Below, piece by piece: positions 8,474 through 16,713 of a DNA stretch of 64,000 bases. The stretch is taken from the IMG/VR virus record IMGVR_UViG_3300038393_000864, positions 1-64,000 of that record, one strand, 5' to 3'. Position numbers and translations under genes: made by a program. Source of the stretch: a virus. Each line of letters begins with the position of its first letter. Position 1 is the stretch's first letter. Under the pieces are notes generated by a model that saw nothing but the letters and a program-made list of their open reading frames with translations, was not told the origin of the DNA and made no database searches.

Positions 8474-8884
8474 ATGCCGCTTATTGATATTAACTCTCCT
8501 GTGGGTCTGCTTCGCATGCGTTGCGGAGATACGCGGGACATCCCGATTCTTCCTGATGAGGTCTACGAGGCAGCATTGACGGAAAAGAATGGTAATTTGA
8601 AATCGGCTGCAATTTTGTGCGGCAATTACATCTTAGCCCAACTTGCTTTTGATGGACAACAGCAAATGGGCATCATCACTGTGTACGGAAATCACGTATT
8701 TCAACAGTATAAAGAGTACTTGATGCTTATGGTGAAAGACCCCGGACTGAGTGATATCAGCCCTATTCCATACAGCGGAGATGGTGGGGAAAGCCCTCTT
8801 GTAGAGTTTACCAAGAACTGGCACAAATGTCATCTGGAATATTGCGGCGATGGCGAATGGGTGATCTTAAATGAATCAACTTGA
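8474..8884 (+). CDS. head-tail connector/adaptor protein (putative)
   Basis: AAAGGAG SD before ATG 8474. The call rests on position after the capsid gene. Confidence 0.55.
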   Translation: MPLIDINSPVGLLRMRCGDTRDIPILPDEVYEAALTEKNGNLKSAAILCGNYILAQLAFDGQQQMGIITVYGNHVFQQYKEYLMLMVKDPGLSDISPIPYSGDGGESPLVEFTKNWHKCHLEYCGDGEWVILNEST

Positions 8885-9266
8885 TCGCACCGTAGCAACA
8901 ATGATGTCTCGCTTCGGCACAACTGGCGCAATTAAGGTTGTTATTAGTGAAGCGTACGATCCCAGCACATCTGAGAACTCCGTCACCTACCAAGAATATC
9001 CCGTCAACATAATGGTATTTGATTACGTCCGTAAGATGGAAGGTGAAGGAACACAAGGCAATACACTAATAAAGACAGGCGACAAGCAAGTGTATGTGCA
9101 ACCTCCACAAAAGACTGAAGTTGGGTTGGCACTACCTCATCTAAATGCTAACAGAGATTTGCTAGTTATCTCGGACAAAATCTACAAGATTGTAACGGTA
9201 AAGCAATTGAATCCGTCGTTGTCGCAAGAGAATTGCATTCTGTACGAACTGTACGTTCGTGAATAA
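8871..9266 (+). CDS. head closure / head-tail joining protein (putative)
   Basis: 131-aa ORF overlapping the previous gene by 14 nt. Size and position fit SPP1 gp16-like head closure proteins. Confidence 0.55.
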   Translation: MNQLDRTVATMMSRFGTTGAIKVVISEAYDPSTSENSVTYQEYPVNIMVFDYVRKMEGEGTQGNTLIKTGDKQVYVQPPQKTEVGLALPHLNANRDLLVISDKIYKIVTVKQLNPSLSQENCILYELYVRE

Positions 9267-9288
9267 ACACAAAATTTAAAGGACTAAA

Positions 9289-9732
9289 ATGGCTGCTTGG
9301 ACAGATTACGCTGAAAATAAAATCGTTGACGCGGTGTTCCGTGGTCAACCTCTTAACGCCCCTGCAACATTCTATGCTGGCCTGTTCACCACTGTAGATA
9401 ATGACGCTGGAACTGCCCGTGTTGAAGTAAGTGGTGGATCGTATGCCCGCGTGGCAATTACCTCTTCGCTCGCCAATTGGGCTGGCACACAAGGCGCTGG
9501 TACGACGGTGGCCTCGTCAGGCACAACAGGAACTACATCGAATAACGCTGTTATTCAGTTTGCTGCCCCTACAGCTAATTGGGGAGCCATTCAAGGTATT
9601 GGCCTTTTCGATGCCGCTACTGGTGGTAACGAGTGGGTCTATGGCGCACTCTCGACTCCTAAGACTGTCAATGGCGGAGATGCCGCGCCTTCGTTTGCAG
9701 CCGCCGCGCTGTCGTTTCAAATCGATAATTAA
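9289..9732 (+). CDS. conserved virion-associated protein (function unknown)
   Basis: 147-aa ORF with an AAAGGA SD. The MAAWTDYAENKIVDAVFRG.. pattern recurs in phage structural modules (from memory). Confidence 0.6.
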   Translation: MAAWTDYAENKIVDAVFRGQPLNAPATFYAGLFTTVDNDAGTARVEVSGGSYARVAITSSLANWAGTQGAGTTVASSGTTGTTSNNAVIQFAAPTANWGAIQGIGLFDAATGGNEWVYGALSTPKTVNGGDAAPSFAAAALSFQIDN

Positions 9733-9742
9733 GAGGTGATGC

Positions 9743-11686
9743 ATGAAATTTGCAGACCGTCTTAAATTTACTACAACTGGCACTGGTGCAGCATCTCTCT
9801 CTGATGGCACCGCTGCATCGGGTTGTAGAACCCTTGCTCAAGTCATCTCTGCTGGTGTTTTCGCTCTTACAGACGCAAGTATTCCGTTTTGTATTGATGA
9901 CGGGGCAGGTAATTGGGAAGAGAGCCTTTTTACTATTGGTGGCACTGCACAAGCACCAACCTTGACTCGTACCCAAGTGCTGTCTAGCTCTGCTGGGGGC
10001 ACTACCCCGGCTACGTTCACTGGCTCGACACTAACGGTATTTAACACAATCCCGGCAAGCTTCTTGAACGGTGTAACGTTGGGGCAACTCCCAACAGCAG
10101 GCGCTATTGCTGCAACGGATATTGTGGCAATTGGGCAAACTGCGGGTGAAGTGCAGACCACTGTAGACGCATTCTATACCTACATTCTCACCCGTATGAC
10201 TGCTGAAGGTAAGTTCAGTGCACAAACTGAAACCCTGAGCATCACTACACCATCTACGCAAGTTGCTGGTGTTGCTTTCTCGCTGGCTGGTACGTACACC
10301 AACGGCCCGCCCACTGCTCTGGATTACTCGATCAATGGCGGCAGTACTTGGAATCAGCCTACAGCCACTATCAGCGGTGGGACATTCACAATTACTGGTG
10401 TGACTATTCCGAGCGCAACGACCACTCAAACCATCATGGTCCGTGATCGCAACGCGCAGTCGATTCAAGCAACATCGGCATCGTTTGTAGTCAATCCGAA
10501 TACTGTCTTGACTGTCAACACACCTACAACACAGACAGTTGGAACTGCCTTCACCCTCAGCGGCACCTATACTGGCACCGCACCGGCTTCGCTGGACTAT
10601 CAGAAAGAAGATGGGACATGGGTTCAGGCTAGCTCCCCGACCATTAGCGGAGGCACATATTCGTTTAGCGTGACGCCCACCACTGCCACGGCTAGTCGGA
10701 CTATTAGTGTACGGGACCACACCTACACAAGTATCGTTGGTACATCCGGCACATACACAGTGAATGCAGCGGCTGGTTCCACAATCACAGGCGTGTCTGT
10801 TGCAGCAGCTTCTGCAACGGTTGCTGGTGGCGCAACAGACCAGATGACCGCAACGGTTACTGGAACTGGATCGTTCTCGTCTGGTGTGTCGTGGACTATC
10901 GACAGTGGCGCAGGCTCTATTAGCACTTCCGGACTGTACACGGCACCTGCCGCAACCGCAAGCGATCAAACCATCGTCATTCGTGCTACAAGCACACAGG
11001 ACAACACCAAGTACGGCACTGCCACAATCACGGTCCCGTCCTCGGCGGCATCCACAGTAACCGGCGTCACGGTAACGGCTGCTGCAACCACTATTCAGGG
11101 CAATCAGACCGACCAACTGACAGCAACAGTGGCAGGCACCAACTCGCCGTCACAAGCTGTTACGTGGGCAATGGTGTCCGGCCCTGGTTCGGTGAACTCC
11201 AGCGGTCTGTATCAAGCGCCGTTGGCTACAGGCAGTTCGCAAACAGCCGTGGTTAAGGCAACCAGTACACAGGATAGCAGCAAGTCGGGCCAGATCACGC
11301 TTACCATTGCGGCACAACCGACCGTCACTGTTTACAGTACAGCAATTAAATCTTCGCTTACGGCATCAGATGCATACGGTACGAGCGGTAGCAATAGGCT
11401 CTACACAGGCAGCAACACTGGTGGCAACATTTGGGTGTTCCACGGGTCCAAGCCGAATACTGCATCGACGGGCTGGAGTCAGAGTAACACCACGCCACCC
11501 GCTGCTACCGCAGACCGAACGACCAATGGCATGTATCCGATGAGTATCGCCGCCGCTGAATCGGGTTCAACCAACAACACGTATCTGTATGCACCAAGCG
11601 GACAGACAACAACGTGGTACTTCTGGATGGAAATTAACGGAATCTACACCGTCATGAACCCGTCTGGTACAGTGGTGACGCTGTAA
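9743..11686 (+). CDS. fiber/virion protein with four tandem Ig-like domains (two are Big_2-like)
   Basis: Two ~85-aa repeats (TPSTQVAGVAFSLAGTYT.. / TPTTQTVGTAFTLSGTYT..). Two Big_2-like repeats (ITGVSVAAASATVAGGATDQMTATV.. / VTGVTVTAAATTIQGNQTDQLTATV..). Confidence 0.75.
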   Translation: MKFADRLKFTTTGTGAASLSDGTAASGCRTLAQVISAGVFALTDASIPFCIDDGAGNWEESLFTIGGTAQAPTLTRTQVLSSSAGGTTPATFTGSTLTVFNTIPASFLNGVTLGQLPTAGAIAATDIVAIGQTAGEVQTTVDAFYTYILTRMTAEGKFSAQTETLSITTPSTQVAGVAFSLAGTYTNGPPTALDYSINGGSTWNQPTATISGGTFTITGVTIPSATTTQTIMVRDRNAQSIQATSASFVVNPNTVLTVNTPTTQTVGTAFTLSGTYTGTAPASLDYQKEDGTWVQASSPTISGGTYSFSVTPTTATASRTISVRDHTYTSIVGTSGTYTVNAAAGSTITGVSVAAASATVAGGATDQMTATVTGTGSFSSGVSWTIDSGAGSISTSGLYTAPAATASDQTIVIRATSTQDNTKYGTATITVPSSAASTVTGVTVTAAATTIQGNQTDQLTATVAGTNSPSQAVTWAMVSGPGSVNSSGLYQAPLATGSSQTAVVKATSTQDSSKSGQITLTIAAQPTVTVYSTAIKSSLTASDAYGTSGSNRLYTGSNTGGNIWVFHGSKPNTASTGWSQSNTTPPAATADRTTNGMYPMSIAAAESGSTNNTYLYAPSGQTTTWYFWMEINGIYTVMNPSGTVVTL

Positions 11687-13188
11687 TGGCTACTCGACTC
11701 TCATCCAACACGAACAAGCTGCGTCTGCGTAATGGTGCTTTATCTCTTACAGTGGGCAACCTTGCTCCGGGTGTGTTGTACGGGTACACCGATTTCCTCA
11801 ACCAGCGCGTATTTCAGCGAGTGGGTACAAGTAGGACTCTCACGGTCAACATGACCTGCACAGGTAACGCCCCTTCGGGGGTTGAGGCACAGGTGGTCGA
11901 CTACACAAATGGTTCCACAATTATCAAGAACTGGACGCTCCTTACAAATCTGCAAGCGTCCAATGGTGTATTGACAGGGGAGTTGAATGTCCCACAAGGC
12001 GGTTGGTATCGCCTGAAAATCCGTTCTACGAATGATCCTGCCACTGTTATCACAGGAACTCTGAAGTTTGGGGTAGGCATTGTCATTGGTTTTATCGGAC
12101 AGTCGAATATGTATTTCTTCACAACCGACTATCTAAAGCTGCCAAACTGCGGACCACGTTCTATTGAATATATCGGGTCAGCTTACCGCCGTATTGGGCA
12201 ATACAATGATGCCTACGCTGCAAGCTTGTTGTATAACGTGGCTGGGGGCTATTCCACATACAGCCGGGATAATAACAATCTTCAGGGTGACGCTCTAGTT
12301 ATATTCGCCAACGAGATTGTGGCAGGCTTGAACATCCCTGTATTGGCAATTGCTGCTCCAGTTTCGGGTTCGCGTATTGGCTCATGGATTCCAGCTTCCT
12401 CTGCTAACTGGTCCGCTTTTGCCAATATGGTGACAGCAACAGGTGGTGACATGGAGATGGTGCTGTGGTATCAGGGCGAGTCCGATGCTGTTGACCAATC
12501 TAATAGTTCTATGACTGCCGGGTGGGACACTCTTCGTCAGCAGTTTTATACATTGACAGGTCGCACTGCTGCCAATTCCCACTTCGGTCTAGTGTCTCTG
12601 GCTGCTGGGCAATATAACAATTCTACACCGGGCCAGTTTGGAGCTATGCGGCAGTGGCAAGTCAGTTATGGCACCGCTGGAACACAGGGTGTGTTTTATC
12701 TTGGTGCTGCCCACGACTCGGACTTGCGCGATTCGGTACACCTTTCAAACGCTGGCCTAAATCGAATGGGCAAACGCTGGGCCGCTGCTGCACTGTATCG
12801 CTACGGCATCGGGTCGCCTTCAAATGGGCCGTATGTCACAGGTGCCACGTACAACGGATCGATTGTTACTGTTACGCTTGCTCATTCTGGTGGTACTGCG
12901 CTGGTTGATGGTGGAGGTGGAAATGGTAGCGCTCTAACAGGCTTTGAGTTTAAAGATGCAAACGGAAACGTTTTGACTGTCAACAGTACGACAATCGCAA
13001 GCCCAACAACCCTGCAATTCACCGTGAGCGGCGTTCCAACAACAGTGTCGTACGCGATGATGAACTACCCGCATCTGTCGAACTATTCTGGTAGCGGCAC
13101 GTTCAGCATTGCGTCTATTGTGTATGACAACAATGGTGCAGGATATCCCCTACGGCCTTTCGCTGCTATCAACATAACGGGAGGTTAA
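11686..13188 (+). CDS. tailspike-like carbohydrate O-acetylesterase (SASA/SGNH family)
   Basis: GFIGQSNM, VLWYQGESD and DSVHLS motifs are typical of sialate O-acetylesterase-like enzymes. Confidence 0.75.
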   Translation: MATRLSSNTNKLRLRNGALSLTVGNLAPGVLYGYTDFLNQRVFQRVGTSRTLTVNMTCTGNAPSGVEAQVVDYTNGSTIIKNWTLLTNLQASNGVLTGELNVPQGGWYRLKIRSTNDPATVITGTLKFGVGIVIGFIGQSNMYFFTTDYLKLPNCGPRSIEYIGSAYRRIGQYNDAYAASLLYNVAGGYSTYSRDNNNLQGDALVIFANEIVAGLNIPVLAIAAPVSGSRIGSWIPASSANWSAFANMVTATGGDMEMVLWYQGESDAVDQSNSSMTAGWDTLRQQFYTLTGRTAANSHFGLVSLAAGQYNNSTPGQFGAMRQWQVSYGTAGTQGVFYLGAAHDSDLRDSVHLSNAGLNRMGKRWAAAALYRYGIGSPSNGPYVTGATYNGSIVTVTLAHSGGTALVDGGGGNGSALTGFEFKDANGNVLTVNSTTIASPTTLQFTVSGVPTTVSYAMMNYPHLSNYSGSGTFSIASIVYDNNGAGYPLRPFAAINITGG

Positions 13189-13189
13189 T

Positions 13190-13879
13190 ATGTCATTGGG
13201 TTCTAACGCTCTTGGTACAAATGCCTTGGGTACAACAGACTCGTCAGTAGCTGCCAATTTGTCTTGCAGCTTGACGTCGGTGTCTACTGTAACAGCAAGC
13301 CTCACAACGGCAGTTAAACTTGCTGCCGCTGTTGTAGCAACATCCACACTGACAGCAGCGCTTACAACAGGGCAAGGTAACCTTTCCGCAAATCTTTCGG
13401 CAAGTGCCTCCGCTACTGCGAGCTTGACAACACACATAAATTTTGTAGCAAATTTGTCGTGTTTGAGCAGCGTCGCTGCCACTCTTGCATCCGCACAAGT
13501 TGCTCCATCGTTTACACCAAGTGTGGCACGGACCATCTACGTACAAGCCGCTGCTCCAGTATTTACAGGTGGGAAGTGGTGGAATCTTACGGACCCCAAG
13601 AAGCCACATGGTCTTAAAGACCCTGACGCTACAATCGACATTACGTTTGATTGGTCTAACTGGCTTGATGACATTGGTTCGGCGGATATCTCTGACATGT
13701 CATTTACGCTATTTGGTTTGAACAATGGTGGCACATTCTATGATGACACTAAAGCTACAGTGTTTGTTTCTGGAGGTGTGGTGGGTAGTGTAACAACAAT
13801 TGCTTGCAAAATTAAAACCAACACGAACCCTTCCCGTACGGACGAACGCACTGTGTACATTGACATATTGGATGAATAA
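13190..13879 (+). CDS. small fiber-associated protein: four ~20-aa A/S/L/T repeats plus a conserved C-terminal module
   Basis: GGAGG SD lies inside the end of the esterase gene. The C-terminal 120 aa is paralogous to the C-terminus of the 16714-19533 product. Confidence 0.7.
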   Translation: MSLGSNALGTNALGTTDSSVAANLSCSLTSVSTVTASLTTAVKLAAAVVATSTLTAALTTGQGNLSANLSASASATASLTTHINFVANLSCLSSVAATLASAQVAPSFTPSVARTIYVQAAAPVFTGGKWWNLTDPKKPHGLKDPDATIDITFDWSNWLDDIGSADISDMSFTLFGLNNGGTFYDDTKATVFVSGGVVGSVTTIACKIKTNTNPSRTDERTVYIDILDE

Positions 13880-16695
13880 TGCTTACATTTAGCCCCAATC
13901 TTAAGGCAATCCTCGACACTGCAAAAACCAAGCTCGATTGGGCTAACAAATTGCAGACCGCTTTGGGTGCGTCACGTACTCTGAGGTGTTTTCGGGACTC
14001 CAACAGTTCGGCAACTGATCCTTCTGTAACTGGGGTGGAGTTTCTGAATATGAAGTCTACAGGGCCTCTGACTATCTCTTCGGGGAATATCACAGGTCTT
14101 GGCACCCTCTCTACAATTACTACTCATAGCGCAGTCGATCTTTCAACTGGAGCATCCGTATTGCGTTTAGAGGGCAATGGATACTGGGTACAATGTACAC
14201 TAGGGCTCACGGGCTCGGGTTGTGATTTTGTCTTGTCTGGCAATCCTACGGGGTTGCCTAACACGGGCTATGCATTCGGCTCTGGAGCGGGTACGAAGTC
14301 TCCAAGACTGTTGGCTTCTGGTACAGGCCCATCTGCCCCACCGATTCGCTCTGTCACACCCACCATCATTGAGTTGGTAGATTGGACTAATCAAGCCAAC
14401 CCTGTAGTGGTGGGCATCGCAACGTTCAGTGAAGCTACCCGCCAGGACGACTGGATTTTTCAGAATGCTGAGATGGCTGCTGAGATTGGTGATGTCGCAG
14501 TCTATCAGCTTGACGACACAATCAAGTGGACTAGCCCGATTGCACCACGTCGCTTTGAGTTGGGTGGTTTGCTGCTGATCGCGTCGAACTACAACACTGA
14601 AAACGGTGCATCGCCTCTAGAGCAGATTCTGTGTTCTTTCAAACCTTATCAGCGGTGGTCTACTTATCCGTACATGGACACTTTTGTTCGCGCAGCCTAT
14701 ACGGTGCTTGACTCTACGACTTGGCCTTTCACTTTCAGTGACTGCACCAATCCGACTACAGCAGACCGGACCGTACTTCCACCTTTTAAGATCAACTTCT
14801 ACACCGAAGCCGGATACAAGAATGGTGCAGCAGATCGTACACCAATGTACACGCATGAATGGAAGGCGTTCAACGACAAGCCAACCTTGCCGATTAATTC
14901 GCCGCTGCTGTCAGAAGTGCAGACAGCCACCGAACCATCTATTCCTCGCTTTAACTGCGGCATGATGCTGCCGTGGCAGAACATGCGTACACGTCTGTCG
15001 TCCAAAGCTGGCAAATACTTTCCTGGTGTGGAGTCTTATGCTTACTCACACAATGTGTTCGGCACTAAAGCTGGCGGAAGTTCAAATGCATATCACCCGA
15101 TGGCTGCTTACGAGTACGGACAGGCAGACGGTATGGCACACTGGAGCGTGTTGCCACCATACCCGCTGAAGAACGACCCGGCGCTAGACAGCGCTTATCT
15201 TACAGCATATGAGTCGCGTCCACGTGATCCTAGCGTGTTCACTAATCGTGATCGCTATCCGTGGTATCGCGCAATGGGCTACAAGTATCAGGCTGGCTCT
15301 ATTAGCGGTCACGACTGGATTACGGGTAAAGGTGGTGTGCGATTTGACCGTTCAGTGGTGCCATCTGTGCTGGCAATCTGCGCTGCGAACCAAAACTGGA
15401 CACGTCCTGAAGGCAACGTACCTATTCGTGACATGGCGCATGAATGGGGCATGGCTTACTTCAACCACTCCAACCATTGGATTCGCAACGTCAAGACTTT
15501 TGAGTCTTTGCCTAAGTCAGACATCTTGCCAGGGAAATCCTTGTTCGTCGGCTCCTACTACGGCATGGAATCGGCCTATGCACCATTAGGTCAGCCAAGC
15601 GGGCCACAAGTATCTATTGATATCTGCGGCATCGCCAATGGTAAAGGCCGCTGGAAGAGTCACAACGACCCGGAAGGTTTTATGTACTACTCGGGGTGGC
15701 AGCGCGACTCGTTGCACAGCTACTGTAATGCTGGCCTTTGGGCTGTTATGCTCAACAGTCCGATGCATGCTATTGCAGCCAAACATGACTTTGATACACA
15801 GTGGATGTCGTCGCTGGGCGATGCAAGACCTACTACCAATCCACTCGGCTATTACAATCAGCGTATCCACGCGTGGCGCATGCTGTCATATACTATGGCA
15901 TGGAAAGTGGCTACTGAACATCCGCTAGGGTATTCAAAAGAGGAAATTGAAGCTCGTTTGCAAATCGAGTTAGAGGTTATCTACGACAAGATATACAAGC
16001 CTGCTTTCATTGACAACGAACAGAGCATCAATTCGGCAGCTATTCGTAACCTTGGCACACTTGTTACGGCTTCAGGGAACAATTACCAGACCGCAGGCGG
16101 GTCTCTTGGTTTGTATATGGTGCAGACGTTGGTGTTTATGCGTCAGTTTGGCATGTGGGCAGCTATGCGCGCGCGCAGCTATAAATGCAGGGATGTGCTA
16201 GACATGATGATCCGAAATCTGGATCGTTTCGTTATTGATTATGTCATGGACACTGACATGCGCGATTGCTACTACCCCGTAGCGCTTACCGGCAAAAGCT
16301 CATCCGACCTATATACGGTGGCGGATGTGCCCGTCGATTGGGTTGCGCAAAAGCAGATGCTAGATACATACATGCCGCCACTGCCTGCAACCATGTCACG
16401 AGGCGATGCGGCCAACTATGGCACGGCATCTCGATTCAAAAGCTTCTTTATCGCTTATGACGGTCGTGCTGAGGAACATTTTGGTTGTCCACACTTGTAC
16501 ATGCAGTATTTGAAAGCGCGCAGGGATTACTTTCCAGATTATCCGAATGATCGCCTCACTGCGGCAATCGACAAGATGCAGGGTTACTACGACGAATATC
16601 TGGTTAAGCGCAATGCTGGACTGGCCTACCAGATGGCTTACTTGTATCCATCACATGGCCCGCTGCTACCGCCTACCGAAGTCGGCCCTAAATAA
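13879..16695 (+). CDS. large virion protein (938 aa), function unknown, possibly polysaccharide-degrading
   Basis: Uninterrupted 938-aa ORF with ATGA overlap to the previous gene. I recognise no catalytic motif. Confidence 0.7.
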   Translation: MLTFSPNLKAILDTAKTKLDWANKLQTALGASRTLRCFRDSNSSATDPSVTGVEFLNMKSTGPLTISSGNITGLGTLSTITTHSAVDLSTGASVLRLEGNGYWVQCTLGLTGSGCDFVLSGNPTGLPNTGYAFGSGAGTKSPRLLASGTGPSAPPIRSVTPTIIELVDWTNQANPVVVGIATFSEATRQDDWIFQNAEMAAEIGDVAVYQLDDTIKWTSPIAPRRFELGGLLLIASNYNTENGASPLEQILCSFKPYQRWSTYPYMDTFVRAAYTVLDSTTWPFTFSDCTNPTTADRTVLPPFKINFYTEAGYKNGAADRTPMYTHEWKAFNDKPTLPINSPLLSEVQTATEPSIPRFNCGMMLPWQNMRTRLSSKAGKYFPGVESYAYSHNVFGTKAGGSSNAYHPMAAYEYGQADGMAHWSVLPPYPLKNDPALDSAYLTAYESRPRDPSVFTNRDRYPWYRAMGYKYQAGSISGHDWITGKGGVRFDRSVVPSVLAICAANQNWTRPEGNVPIRDMAHEWGMAYFNHSNHWIRNVKTFESLPKSDILPGKSLFVGSYYGMESAYAPLGQPSGPQVSIDICGIANGKGRWKSHNDPEGFMYYSGWQRDSLHSYCNAGLWAVMLNSPMHAIAAKHDFDTQWMSSLGDARPTTNPLGYYNQRIHAWRMLSYTMAWKVATEHPLGYSKEEIEARLQIELEVIYDKIYKPAFIDNEQSINSAAIRNLGTLVTASGNNYQTAGGSLGLYMVQTLVFMRQFGMWAAMRARSYKCRDVLDMMIRNLDRFVIDYVMDTDMRDCYYPVALTGKSSSDLYTVADVPVDWVAQKQMLDTYMPPLPATMSRGDAANYGTASRFKSFFIAYDGRAEEHFGCPHLYMQYLKARRDYFPDYPNDRLTAAIDKMQGYYDEYLVKRNAGLAYQMAYLYPSHGPLLPPTEVGPK

Positions 16696-16713
16696 TCAAC
16701 GAGAAGGATTCGT

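Noticed and set aside
10031-11116. 361-aa minus-strand ORF inside the Ig-domain fiber gene
   Set aside because: It is a shadow ORF of a Thr/Ala/Gly-rich gene. Its translation is Cys/Arg-rich low complexity with no start context.
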